Shown: positions 16,721 to 24,628 of the stretch, in pieces
Layout: the number at the start of each line of letters is the position of its first letter
Numbering within the stretch: the stretch's first letter is position 1
DNA from: Candidatus Arthromitus sp. SFB-rat-Yit
GTDB lineage: Bacteria > Bacillota > Clostridia > Clostridiales > Clostridiaceae
Direction: 5' to 3'
Assembly: GCF_000283555.1 (NCBI RefSeq)
Contig: NC_016012.1
Location: forward strand, 600,001 to 632,000
Length of the DNA stretch: 32,000 nt
Program-made: the position numbers and the translations under genes
Notes under the pieces: generated by a model
Database searches by the model: none
What the model was told of the DNA's origin: nothing
Seen by the model: only the letters and a program-made list of their open reading frames with translations

Positions 16721-16750
16721 ATAAATAAAATTTGATAAAATTTTATTTAT
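16721..16750. repeat. perfect 13-bp inverted repeat with 4-bp spacer, abutting the -35 of the mnmM-like promoter
   Basis: ATAAATAAAATTT-GATA-AAATTTTATTTAT. Confidence 0.6.
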
Positions 16751-16751
16751 C

Positions 16752-16780
16752 TTGAATAATAATTACACCTACTCTATAAT
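16752..16780 (+). promoter_or_regulatory. near-consensus sigma-A promoter for the methyltransferase-flavoprotein-cmk/ispH gene string
   Basis: TTGAAT (16752-16757), 17-nt spacer, TATAAT (16775-16780). Confidence 0.5.
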
Positions 16781-16814
16781 TAAAATTAATTTATAAAATG
16801 GAAGTAATTGTATT

Positions 16815-17348
16815 ATGAGTTTTTATAAAATTACGGATACAGCTAAAAAATTGTTGTTTGAAAATGTTAAAGTAAAAAATATTTCTGTTGATTTCACTTT
16901 GGGTAGAGGTAACGATACTCTTTTTCTTAGTGAAAATTTTAATTATGTTTATTCTTTTGATTTACAAAAAGAGTGTATTAATGATTTTAAATTGAAAAAT
17001 ATCAAAAATGTAGAATTGATTTTAGATAGTCATGAAAATGTTGATAAGTATTTGGAAGAATTCGATTGTGGCATGTATAACTTGGGATATTTGCCAGCTT
17101 CAGACAAAAAGATAATAACAAATGTTGAATCCACTCTTATTAGTTTGCGTAAATCTGTAGATATTTTAAATGTTGGAGGTTTTATATCTGTTGTTTTATA
17201 TGTTGGTCATGATCAGGGAAGGGTTGAAAGTCGGGAGGTTCTGAAATTTTGTTGTGACCTTGACAATAAAAAATTTAATGTTGCTTATCTTAATTTGTTG
17301 AATAAAAATAATCCGCCATCTTTGGTATTAATTAATAAAATGAGGTAG
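16815..17348 (+). CDS. mnmM: class I SAM-dependent methyltransferase, YtqB/MnmM-like (tRNA mnm5s2U34 methyltransferase family)
   Basis: Collinear similarity to B. subtilis YtqB: DFTLGRGNDTLFL vs DATMGNGHDTQFL; YNLGYLPASDKKIITN vs FNLGYLPGGDKSITTN; VLYVGHDQGRVESREVLKFCCDLD vs [24 protein letters not shown]. Confidence 0.7.
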   Translation: MSFYKITDTAKKLLFENVKVKNISVDFTLGRGNDTLFLSENFNYVYSFDLQKECINDFKLKNIKNVELILDSHENVDKYLEEFDCGMYNLGYLPASDKKIITNVESTLISLRKSVDILNVGGFISVVLYVGHDQGRVESREVLKFCCDLDNKKFNVAYLNLLNKNNPPSLVLINKMR

Positions 17349-17356
17349 TTTTATTT

Positions 17357-18574
17357 ATGAAAAATGTAATAGTTGTTGGATCGGGACCTGCTGGTATGAT
17401 GGCATCTATAGCAGCTGCTAAATGTGGTCATAAGGTGACGTTGCTTGAAGCAAGCAACAAAATAGCTAAAAAAATGTACATATCGGGCAAAGGTAGATGC
17501 AATGTAACAAACAACAAATCTATAGAGAGTTTTTTAGATAATGTATTAACGAATAAAGAGTTTTTATATAGTGCTCTTTATAGTTTTACGAATGAAGACA
17601 CGATAAAGTTTGTTGAAGATGGAGGAACTAAGCTTAAGGTTGAAAGGGGAGGTAGGGTTTTTCCGCTTTCTAACAAATCGAGTGATATAATTAAGAGTTT
17701 TGAAAAACAATTAAATAAAAATAATGTAGAAATTTTACTTGATTCAAAAGTTTCGAAAATAAATGTAAATAACAATATAGTTGAGTCGATTGAATTGTTA
17801 AATGATAAAATTATAAAGGGAGATCATTATATTTTTGCGACTGGAGGAGCATCATATCCTTTGACTGGATCTGATGGTAAACTTTTTAATGAATATAAAA
17901 GAATAGGTCATACTGTTACGAAATTAAAACCTTCTCTTGTTCCTTTAGAAATAAAGGAGAAATGGACTACGAAACTTCAAGGTGTTAGTATAAAGAATGT
18001 TAACATGATTCTTTATAAAAACAATAAAAAGGAAATTTCATTTCAAGGAGATTTTATATTCACTCATTTCGGTGTATCTGGACCGATTGTTTTAAAAATT
18101 AGTCGATATATTCTTGGGAATGAAAATTATTCTATAGAAATTGATTTGAAGCCAGCACTTGACGATAAAGAATTTGATTTAAGACTCCAAAAGGATTTTG
18201 TGAAATATAGCAATAAAGATTTTAAAAATTCTTTAGATGATTTATTGCCTCAAAAATTTATACCAATTATGGTTGACCTTGTAAAAATTGATCCAAATAA
18301 AAAGGTTAATTCTATTACAAAACAAGAGAGAAAACGAATTGTTGAATGTTTTAAACATCTTGTTATTAATGTCAAGGGATTAAGACCAATTAGTGAAGCT
18401 ATAGTAACAAGTGGAGGAATAGATGTTTATGAAATAAACCCTAGTACTATGAAATCAAAAATTATTAAGAATATTTCTTTTGCGGGAGAGGTTATGGATG
18501 TTGATGCTTTTACTGGTGGGTACAATATTCAAATAGCAATATCTACTGGATTTTTAGCAGGAAATAGTATTTGA
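17357..18574 (+). CDS. HI0933/YhiN-family NAD(P)/FAD-dependent flavoprotein
   Basis: N-terminal Rossmann motif VIVVGSGPAGMMASIAAA, GKGRCNVTN, FATGGASYP, C-terminal AGEVMDVDAFTGGYNIQIA. Confidence 0.8.
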   Translation: MKNVIVVGSGPAGMMASIAAAKCGHKVTLLEASNKIAKKMYISGKGRCNVTNNKSIESFLDNVLTNKEFLYSALYSFTNEDTIKFVEDGGTKLKVERGGRVFPLSNKSSDIIKSFEKQLNKNNVEILLDSKVSKINVNNNIVESIELLNDKIIKGDHYIFATGGASYPLTGSDGKLFNEYKRIGHTVTKLKPSLVPLEIKEKWTTKLQGVSIKNVNMILYKNNKKEISFQGDFIFTHFGVSGPIVLKISRYILGNENYSIEIDLKPALDDKEFDLRLQKDFVKYSNKDFKNSLDDLLPQKFIPIMVDLVKIDPNKKVNSITKQERKRIVECFKHLVINVKGLRPISEAIVTSGGIDVYEINPSTMKSKIIKNISFAGEVMDVDAFTGGYNIQIAISTGFLAGNSI

Positions 18575-18594
18575 AGTTTGAGAGGTATGAAAAT

Positions 18595-21147
18595 ATGAAT
18601 ATATCGATAGCTATTGATGGTCCAGCTAGTTCTGGGAAAAGTTCGATTGCGAAGTGTATTTCAGATAGATTTAATTTTAAGTTTATAAACACAGGACTTT
18701 TATATAGACTTACTACTTATATTTCCATAAAAGAGAATATAGATTTTGATTTGGAGGAAGGTAGATTAATAGAAATTATTAAAAATTCTAAGATTGATGT
18801 ACATAGTAATTATTTGGTTTATAATGGATTGATTTTGGGAGATGAACTGAGAACTCAAGAAATAGATAGTAAAGTATCCTTGGTATCATCAAAATCCAAT
18901 ATTAGAAGATTAATAAATGAAATTTTGAGATCGTTTAAGTCTGAAAATGGAATTGTTATGGATGGGCGTGATATTGGAACTGAAGTTTTAAAAGATGCCT
19001 GTCTTAAATTTTTTATAATAGCTGATCCGGATGTTAGAGCTAAGAGAAGATATGATCAGCTTGTTAAAAGTGGTGTTGATGTAGAATATAATAAAATATT
19101 AAATGAAATTGAAAAACGAGATAATATAGACTATAATAAAGAAGAAGGTCCTTTGAAAAAAGCAAATGATGCTAAAGTTATAGACACATCCAACTTAGAC
19201 TTTCAAGAGTCAGTTGACGAGGTTTCGAGAATAATTGTTGAATATATGATACCTAAGATGGAGTTTAAACAAGTTAGGGTTGCGGAAAATAATGGATTTT
19301 GTCACGGAGTTCTTAGAGCAGTAAATGAATTGGATAAGGTAGTTAAGAGTGATAATGATAAAAATATTAGTACTCTTGGGGAGATAATTCATAATAAACA
19401 GATTATAAATTATTTTTCTCGACAGAACGTTAAAATAGTTAATAAAGAAAACTTGGATACCTTGAAAGATGATAGGGATATTTTGGTAATAAGAGCACAT
19501 GGCATTCCTAGAGATGTTGAAGATGTTTTAATAACTAATTTTATAGAATATGTTGATGCTACTTGTGGTAGGGTTAAAGTTATACATAAAAAAGTAAGAG
19601 ATTATTATGAAAAAGGATATGACATTGTAATAGTTGGAAACAAAAATCATCCAGAAATTATTGGAGCTAATAGCTATTGTGATTATAATGCGAAATTCTT
19701 TTTTGAGGACAAACTTGATGGAGAAATTTTATCAGACAAAGTATGTGTTTTGTCACAGACAACAGAAAAGTATGAAAATTTTGAAAACGCAATAAAGTTG
19801 GTTAGTGAAAAATGTAAAGATGTTGTTTCCTTAAATACTATTTGTGATGCTACATATCTTAGGCAACGTGATGCAGCACAATTAGCAAAAGATGTAGATT
19901 TTATGATAATTGTTGGAGATAAATTAAGTTCTAATTCTAATAAATTATACGAGGTTTCGAAAAAATATTGTGAAAATTCTATAATAATTGAAAGGGCTTC
20001 CGATTTAAAAAGTGACATTTTAAATGAGATAATTACTAATTGTTACAAAGTTGGAATAACATCTGGGGCTTCAACGCCAGATTGGATTATGAAGGAGGTA
20101 ATTTTAATGATAGAAAATAGAACCGAAAACAATATAAAAATAGGAAAGTTGTTAAGAGGAAAAATAGAATCTATAGATGATAAAAATTTAGTTTTAAATG
20201 TTGATGAAAATTTAGAAGTAATTTTACCAATTGCAGAAATTAGTTTGGATGAGAGAAATAAATTTGGTGATACATTTAAGGTTGGAGAATACATAGATGG
20301 AAAAATTATTTCCCTAAGTAATTCAGATGGAAAAGTTGTATTATCTAGGCTTGAAGTTTTTAGAGAAAAATCCTTAGAAATCCTTAAAGAAAAGTTTAAT
20401 AATAGTGAGCGACTTTCTGTTATTGTTAAGGAAGATGTAAAAGGCGGAGTAATTGTTGAATTTAATAGTATTAAATTATTCGTGCCTGCTTCACATTTAG
20501 ATTTTATACATATAGAAAATTTAAATGAGTTTGTTGGTCGTGAATTAGAAGTTAAAGTTATTGAAATGAAAGAGGAAAAGAATCAATTTAAGATTATCGG
20601 TTCAAGAAGAGCTGTTTTAGAAGAGGAGAAAAAGATCAGAGAGAATGAAATTTGGAAAAGTTTAGTTCTTGGTGATGTTGTTGATTGTGAAGTAAAAAGA
20701 ATAAATACATTTGGTGCATTTGTTGATGTAAATGGTGTAGATGGCTTGTTGCATATTTCTGAAATATCTTGGGGTAGAATAGATAAAGTAAGTGATGTTT
20801 TAAATATTGGTGATAAGATAAAAGTTAAGATAATTGATCTTGATAGAGAAAACAGAAAATTATCTCTAAGCATGAAAGTGTTGCAAGATGATCCATGGTC
20901 AAATGTTGATGAGAAATATCCTATTGGAGCAGTTGTGCTTGGTAAAGTTGTTAGATTTGCTGAGTTTGGAGCTTTTGTTGAGTTGGAGCCAAGCATAGAT
21001 GGATTGGTTCATATATCACAGATCAGTCATAAAAGAGTTAATGATATATCTGACTTTTTACAAATAGGACAAGAAGTTAAGGCCAAGATCGTTGAGATAA
21101 ATAAGGAAAATAAGAGAATAGAGTTAAGTATAAAAGTTATAGAGTAA
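18595..21147 (+). CDS. cmk-ispH: tri-domain fusion protein: cytidylate kinase + 4-hydroxy-3-methylbut-2-enyl diphosphate reductase (IspH/LytB) + four S1 RNA-binding domains
   Basis: Cmk spans 18595-19257 (P-loop IAIDGPASSGKSS, DGRDIGT). IspH starts at the in-frame ATG 19258, with three Fe-S Cys ligands (GFCHGV, DATCGRV, NTICDAT). S1 repeats run from about 20130 to 21147 (FGAFVDVNGVDGLLHISEIS, FGAFVELEPSIDGLVHISQIS). There is no stop codon anywhere between the domains. Start re-set to ATG 18595 (SD GAGAGGT). Confidence 0.85.
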   Translation: MNISIAIDGPASSGKSSIAKCISDRFNFKFINTGLLYRLTTYISIKENIDFDLEEGRLIEIIKNSKIDVHSNYLVYNGLILGDELRTQEIDSKVSLVSSKSNIRRLINEILRSFKSENGIVMDGRDIGTEVLKDACLKFFIIADPDVRAKRRYDQLVKSGVDVEYNKILNEIEKRDNIDYNKEEGPLKKANDAKVIDTSNLDFQESVDEVSRIIVEYMIPKMEFKQVRVAENNGFCHGVLRAVNELDKVVKSDNDKNISTLGEIIHNKQIINYFSRQNVKIVNKENLDTLKDDRDILVIRAHGIPRDVEDVLITNFIEYVDATCGRVKVIHKKVRDYYEKGYDIVIVGNKNHPEIIGANSYCDYNAKFFFEDKLDGEILSDKVCVLSQTTEKYENFENAIKLVSEKCKDVVSLNTICDATYLRQRDAAQLAKDVDFMIIVGDKLSSNSNKLYEVSKKYCENSIIIERASDLKSDILNEIITNCYKVGITSGASTPDWIMKEVILMIENRTENNIKIGKLLRGKIESIDDKNLVLNVDENLEVILPIAEISLDERNKFGDTFKVGEYIDGKIISLSNSDGKVVLSRLEVFREKSLEILKEKFNNSERLSVIVKEDVKGGVIVEFNSIKLFVPASHLDFIHIENLNEFVGRELEVKVIEMKEEKNQFKIIGSRRAVLEEEKKIRENEIWKSLVLGDVVDCEVKRINTFGAFVDVNGVDGLLHISEISWGRIDKVSDVLNIGDKIKVKIIDLDRENRKLSLSMKVLQDDPWSNVDEKYPIGAVVLGKVVRFAEFGAFVELEPSIDGLVHISQISHKRVNDISDFLQIGQEVKAKIVEINKENKRIELSIKVIE

Positions 21148-21153
21148 ATTAAG

Positions 21154-21185
21154 ACTTAAGGGCTTGATGTCCTTAAGTTTTTTTT
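21154..21185 (+). terminator. intrinsic terminator after the fusion gene
   Basis: ACTTAAGG / CCTTAAGT stem with a 9-nt loop, followed by an 8-T run. Confidence 0.75.
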
Positions 21186-21206
21186 ATGATAAGGGGTGTA
21201 TTTTGT

Positions 21207-21791
21207 TTGGCAAAAAAATTTTATGCAATTAAGAAAGGATATAAGATAGGTATATTTGAAAGCTGGGATGAATGCAAAAAAAATATAGATGGATATTCTG
21301 GTGCCGTTTATAAAAGTTTTAAAACGCTTGATGAGGCGGAAAAATTTTTGAATGACAATGAAAAAAGTTTTGATTCAACTAATTTGATTGCTTACGTTGA
21401 CGGAAGCTACAACTCAGATACGAAAGAATATTCATATGGGATGGTTATAATAAATGGCGATCATGAGGAACATTTTTGTGAGAAGTTTGATGATAAAGAA
21501 ATGTGTGAAATGAGAAATGTTGCAGGAGAGATTATGGGATCAATGAGTGCGATGAAGTATTGTTTAGAAAATAATTTTCAAAGTATTACAATTTGTTATG
21601 ACTACGAAGGAATAGAGAAATGGTGTAAGGGATATTGGAAAGCAAATAAGAGTGGAACTCAAAATTATAAGAGATATTACGATAGAGTTAAAGATCAAAT
21701 ACATATTGTTTTTAGAAAGGTTAGGGCTCATTCCGGAGATAAGTATAATGATTTAGCTGATAAATTGGCTAAGAAAGCATTAGACATTTAA
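21207..21791 (+). CDS. rnhA: ribonuclease H1 with N-terminal hybrid-binding (dsRHbd/viroplasmin-like) domain
   Basis: HBD: AKKFYAIKKGYKIGIFESWDECKKNIDGYSGAVYKSFKTLDEAEKFL. RNase H DEDD contexts: AYVDGSY, NVAGEIMG, ICYDYEGI, YNDLADKLAK. ATG 21186 directly abuts the terminator T-run with no SD, so TTG 21207 after AAGGGG is preferred. The start remains uncertain. Confidence 0.8.
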   Translation: MAKKFYAIKKGYKIGIFESWDECKKNIDGYSGAVYKSFKTLDEAEKFLNDNEKSFDSTNLIAYVDGSYNSDTKEYSYGMVIINGDHEEHFCEKFDDKEMCEMRNVAGEIMGSMSAMKYCLENNFQSITICYDYEGIEKWCKGYWKANKSGTQNYKRYYDRVKDQIHIVFRKVRAHSGDKYNDLADKLAKKALDI

Positions 21792-21869
21792 AAATTTGAT
21801 GCAATTGTTTTTTAATCATTGTATAATGGTTGAAATATATAAGCAAAGAAGATAAGGAGTGTGGATTAC

Positions 21870-22985
21870 ATGGCGAGAATTATTAAAAATGCATATACTT
21901 TTGATGATGTTTTATTGGTACCAAATAGGTCGGAGATTTTGCCAAATCAAGTTAGTTTAAGAACAAATCTTACTCGGAAAATATCTCTTAATATACCTCT
22001 AATGAGTGCTAGTATGGATACTGTTACAGAGAGTAAAATGGCTATAGCTATGGCTATGAATGGAGGTATAGGAATACTTCATAAAAATATGTCAATTGAG
22101 AAACAAGGTAAACAGTTAGAAATTGTTAAAAATTATGATGGAAAAAAACTAGAGGTATCTTCTTTAGATAGTAAGGGAAGGCTTTTATGCGGTGCATCAA
22201 TTGGAGTTACTTCAGATATGCTTGATAGAGTTAAAGAACTTGTGAGTAAAGAAGTTGATGTTTTGGTTTTAGACACGGCTCATGGGCATTCAAAAGGTGT
22301 AATAGAGGAAGTATCTATCATAAAACAATTGTATCCAGATGTTCAAATAATTGCTGGAAACATAGCTACAAGTGAAGCTGTATATGATTTAGTTCATGCT
22401 GGTGCAGATGCTGTTAAAGTGGGGATAGGTCCTGGGTCAATATGTACAACTAGAATAGTTGCAGGAGTTGGAGTCCCACAGCTTACTGCCATAATGGATT
22501 GTTCAGAAGAAGCTATTAATCATAATATACCTTTAATTGCGGATGGTGGAATTAAATATTCTGGTGATATTGTTAAAGCATTAGCAGCTGGTGCAAGTGT
22601 AGTTATGCTGGGTTCTATTTTTGCTGGGTGTGACGAAGCACCTGGTGAAAAAGTTGTGTTTGGTGAAAGAATATATAAATCATATAGAGGAATGGGATCT
22701 CTTGGTGCAATGAATGATGGATCAAGTGATAGATACTTCCAAAATGGAAGTAAAAAATTTGTTCCTGAAGGAATTGAAGGCGTTGTTCCATATAAAGGTG
22801 AGGTTAGTGAAATAATTTATCAGTTAATCGGAGGGATAAAATCAGGAATGGGTTATCTTGGATCTGCAGATATTAAAACCTTATTTAATAATTCAAGATT
22901 TGTTGTACAAACTTCCTCAGGCATAAAAGAAAGTCATCCACATGATATAAGCTTAATGAAAGACGCTCCAAATTATACAAATTAA
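21870..22985 (+). CDS. guaB: IMP dehydrogenase, short form lacking the CBS/Bateman subdomain (371 aa)
   Basis: The IMPDH catalytic core is collinear with canonical GuaB ([34 protein letters not shown], catalytic-loop [32 protein letters not shown]). A 16-aa linker ([16 protein letters not shown], 22131-22178) replaces the roughly 115-120 aa CBS pair. Start re-set to ATG 21870 (SD AAGGAG 21854-21859). Confidence 0.85.
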   Translation: MARIIKNAYTFDDVLLVPNRSEILPNQVSLRTNLTRKISLNIPLMSASMDTVTESKMAIAMAMNGGIGILHKNMSIEKQGKQLEIVKNYDGKKLEVSSLDSKGRLLCGASIGVTSDMLDRVKELVSKEVDVLVLDTAHGHSKGVIEEVSIIKQLYPDVQIIAGNIATSEAVYDLVHAGADAVKVGIGPGSICTTRIVAGVGVPQLTAIMDCSEEAINHNIPLIADGGIKYSGDIVKALAAGASVVMLGSIFAGCDEAPGEKVVFGERIYKSYRGMGSLGAMNDGSSDRYFQNGSKKFVPEGIEGVVPYKGEVSEIIYQLIGGIKSGMGYLGSADIKTLFNNSRFVVQTSSGIKESHPHDISLMKDAPNYTN

Positions 22986-23026
22986 AAGATAATAAATAAA
23001 TTTGAAAGTATTATTATATTTTTATA

Positions 23027-23055
23027 TTGACTTTTTTAACCAATGATTTTAAGAT
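23027..23055 (+). promoter_or_regulatory. putative sigma-A promoter of the riboswitch-controlled permease-guaA operon
   Basis: TTGACT (23027-23032), 17-nt spacer, TAAGAT (23050-23055). An overlapping alternative is TTGAAA at 23002. Confidence 0.4.
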
Positions 23056-23071
23056 TAAACTATTGGTATTG

Positions 23072-23150
23072 GATTATCCCGTATAAACTCGATAATATGG
23101 TTCGAAAGTCTCTACCTACTTACCTTAAATGAGTAGACTACGGGTCGTAA
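23072..23150 (+). promoter_or_regulatory. purine riboswitch aptamer, guanine class
   Basis: P1 is CCCGUA (23078-23083) / UACGGG (23139-23144). Also present: J1-2 UAUAA, L2 AAUAUGG, J2-3 AGUCUCUACC, P3 CUACUUA/UGAGUAG, L3 CCUUAAA. The specificity nucleotide in GACUACGGG is C, which marks guanine/hypoxanthine rather than adenine. Confidence 0.85.
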
Positions 23151-23202
23151 TTAAATTGATAGGTTTAAATTTTGTTTTTATATTGATTTATCATGATAAT
23201 TA

Positions 23203-23246
23203 GGGACTTTCAACTTTTTAGCTGATAGTCCCATATTATATTTTTT
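23203..23246 (+). terminator. putative expression-platform terminator of the guanine riboswitch
   Basis: GGGACTTTCAACT / AGCTGATAGTCCC forms a 13-bp stem with 2 mismatches. The T-run (23241-23246) is offset by about 8 nt, so the assignment is tentative. Confidence 0.35.
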
Positions 23247-23291
23247 ACTAAATTAATTATTAAATAAAATTAATTGGAGGTATTATTTTCT

Positions 23292-24590
23292 ATGCTGAAT
23301 AAGTTTTTCAAACTAGAGGAACACAATACAACGGTATTTAAAGAGTTTGTTGGAGGATTGACAACATTTCTCTCTATGGCTTACATAATTTTCGTTAATC
23401 CAAATATTTTATCTGTTACTGGTATGGATCGAGGAGCAGTATTTACAGCAACAATTTTAGCCGCAGCAATTGGAACTTTAATTATGGGTTTGCATGCTAA
23501 TTTCCCTGTAGCTCTTGCTCCTGGAATGGGATTAAATGCATTTTTCGCTTATACAGTTGTATTAATATTAGGTTATACTTGGCAACAAGCTTTAGCAGGA
23601 ATATTTATATCAGGAATTTTATTTATGATATTATCCTTAACTGGTTTGAGAGAAAAAATAATTAATAGTATTCCTACATCTTTGAAGCATGCAGTTGGAA
23701 CTGGTATTGGATTTTTTATTGCATTTCTAGGATTTCAAAATTCACAAATTATTGTAAATAATGATTCAACATTAGTTGGATTAGGTAATTTTACAGATTT
23801 TAATGTATTGATTGCAATTATTGGATTAATCATAACTCTTGTATTGATGGTTAAAAAAATTCCAGCAGCTATATTTATCGGTATGATTGTTACAGCAATT
23901 ATTGGAATATTTTTGGGAGTTGTTGATTTGCCACAACAAATTATCGCACCGATACCTTCTATAAGCCAAACTTTTGGCGCACTATTTGAAGCCCTACCTA
24001 CTATTTTCACAGGAGATATTATATTAGTTATATTTTCATTTTTGTTTATAGATTTTTTCGATACAGCAGGAACGTTAATGGCTGTCGGATTTAGAGCAGG
24101 ATTTGTAAATGAAAAGGGAGAATTAATGAGAGCTGATAAAGCTTTGTTAGCTGATTCAACAGCAACGGTAATTGGATCAATTTTAGGAACATCTTCTACA
24201 ACATCTTTTGTTGAGTCTTTGGCAGGTGTTGAAGCCGGTGCTAAAACTGGACTTGCATCTGTATTTACATCGATATTTTTCTTGCTTATGTTGTTTTGTT
24301 CGGGACTTTTAACAGTTGTTACACCTGCGATTACTGCTCCAGCACTTATTACAGTTGGTATTTTGATGGCATCATCATTGAGTAATATTGAGTGGAATAA
24401 AATCGAGATAGCGATTCCAGCATTTATGACTATTATTATGATGGTACTTGGATATTCTATATCTGAAGGTATTGCATCAGGATTTGTTTTATATCCAATT
24501 ACAATGTGGGCAGCTGGTAGAAGAAAAGAAGTTCATCCTATAATGTGGCTACTTACCATAATCTTCTTAGTGCATTTTATATTTTTATAA
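23292..24590 (+). CDS. NCS2/AzgA-family purine permease (guanine/hypoxanthine permease, PbuG/PbuO-like)
   Basis: [37 protein letters not shown] and [11 protein letters not shown] are typical of the family, which has about 12-14 TM helices. It lies downstream of the guanine riboswitch. Start re-set to ATG 23292 (SD GGAGG 23276-23280). Confidence 0.85.
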   Translation: MLNKFFKLEEHNTTVFKEFVGGLTTFLSMAYIIFVNPNILSVTGMDRGAVFTATILAAAIGTLIMGLHANFPVALAPGMGLNAFFAYTVVLILGYTWQQALAGIFISGILFMILSLTGLREKIINSIPTSLKHAVGTGIGFFIAFLGFQNSQIIVNNDSTLVGLGNFTDFNVLIAIIGLIITLVLMVKKIPAAIFIGMIVTAIIGIFLGVVDLPQQIIAPIPSISQTFGALFEALPTIFTGDIILVIFSFLFIDFFDTAGTLMAVGFRAGFVNEKGELMRADKALLADSTATVIGSILGTSSTTSFVESLAGVEAGAKTGLASVFTSIFFLLMLFCSGLLTVVTPAITAPALITVGILMASSLSNIEWNKIEIAIPAFMTIIMMVLGYSISEGIASGFVLYPITMWAAGRRKEVHPIMWLLTIIFLVHFIFL

Positions 24591-24628
24591 TTAAATTAGT
24601 AAAGAAATATTTTATTAGGAGTGATCAA

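Noticed and set aside
19240-19270. The cmk/ispH junction as two separate genes with an overlooked stop or frameshift
   Set aside because: Reading codon by codon (GAA TAT ATG ATA CCT AAG ATG GAG TTT AAA), the frame is continuous. The only TAA (19254-19256, spanning CCT-AAG) is out of frame. As given, the sequence encodes a fusion. A sequencing error cannot be excluded from a single sequence and is listed as the refutation test.
20583-20996. 137-aa antisense ORF inside the S1 region of the fusion gene, together with the other antisense ORFs in the same gene (19210-19500, 19683-20018, 20043-20294)
   Set aside because: These lie fully within a strongly supported + strand coding region. Their sequences are low-complexity (Ser/Thr/Phe/Ile-rich), they carry no motifs and they have no SD. 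They are typical shadow ORFs of AT-rich genes.
21870-22985. Considered calling the short GuaB-like protein a GMP reductase (GuaC), since GuaC also lacks CBS domains
   Set aside because: The N-terminus ([11 protein letters not shown]...SASMDTVTE...[12 protein letters not shown]), the flap (YRGMGS...DRYFQ...KFVPEGIEG) and the C-terminus (KESHPHD...APNY) follow IMPDH rather than GuaC patterns. It sits in a guaB/guaA context. Biochemistry would still be needed to be certain.
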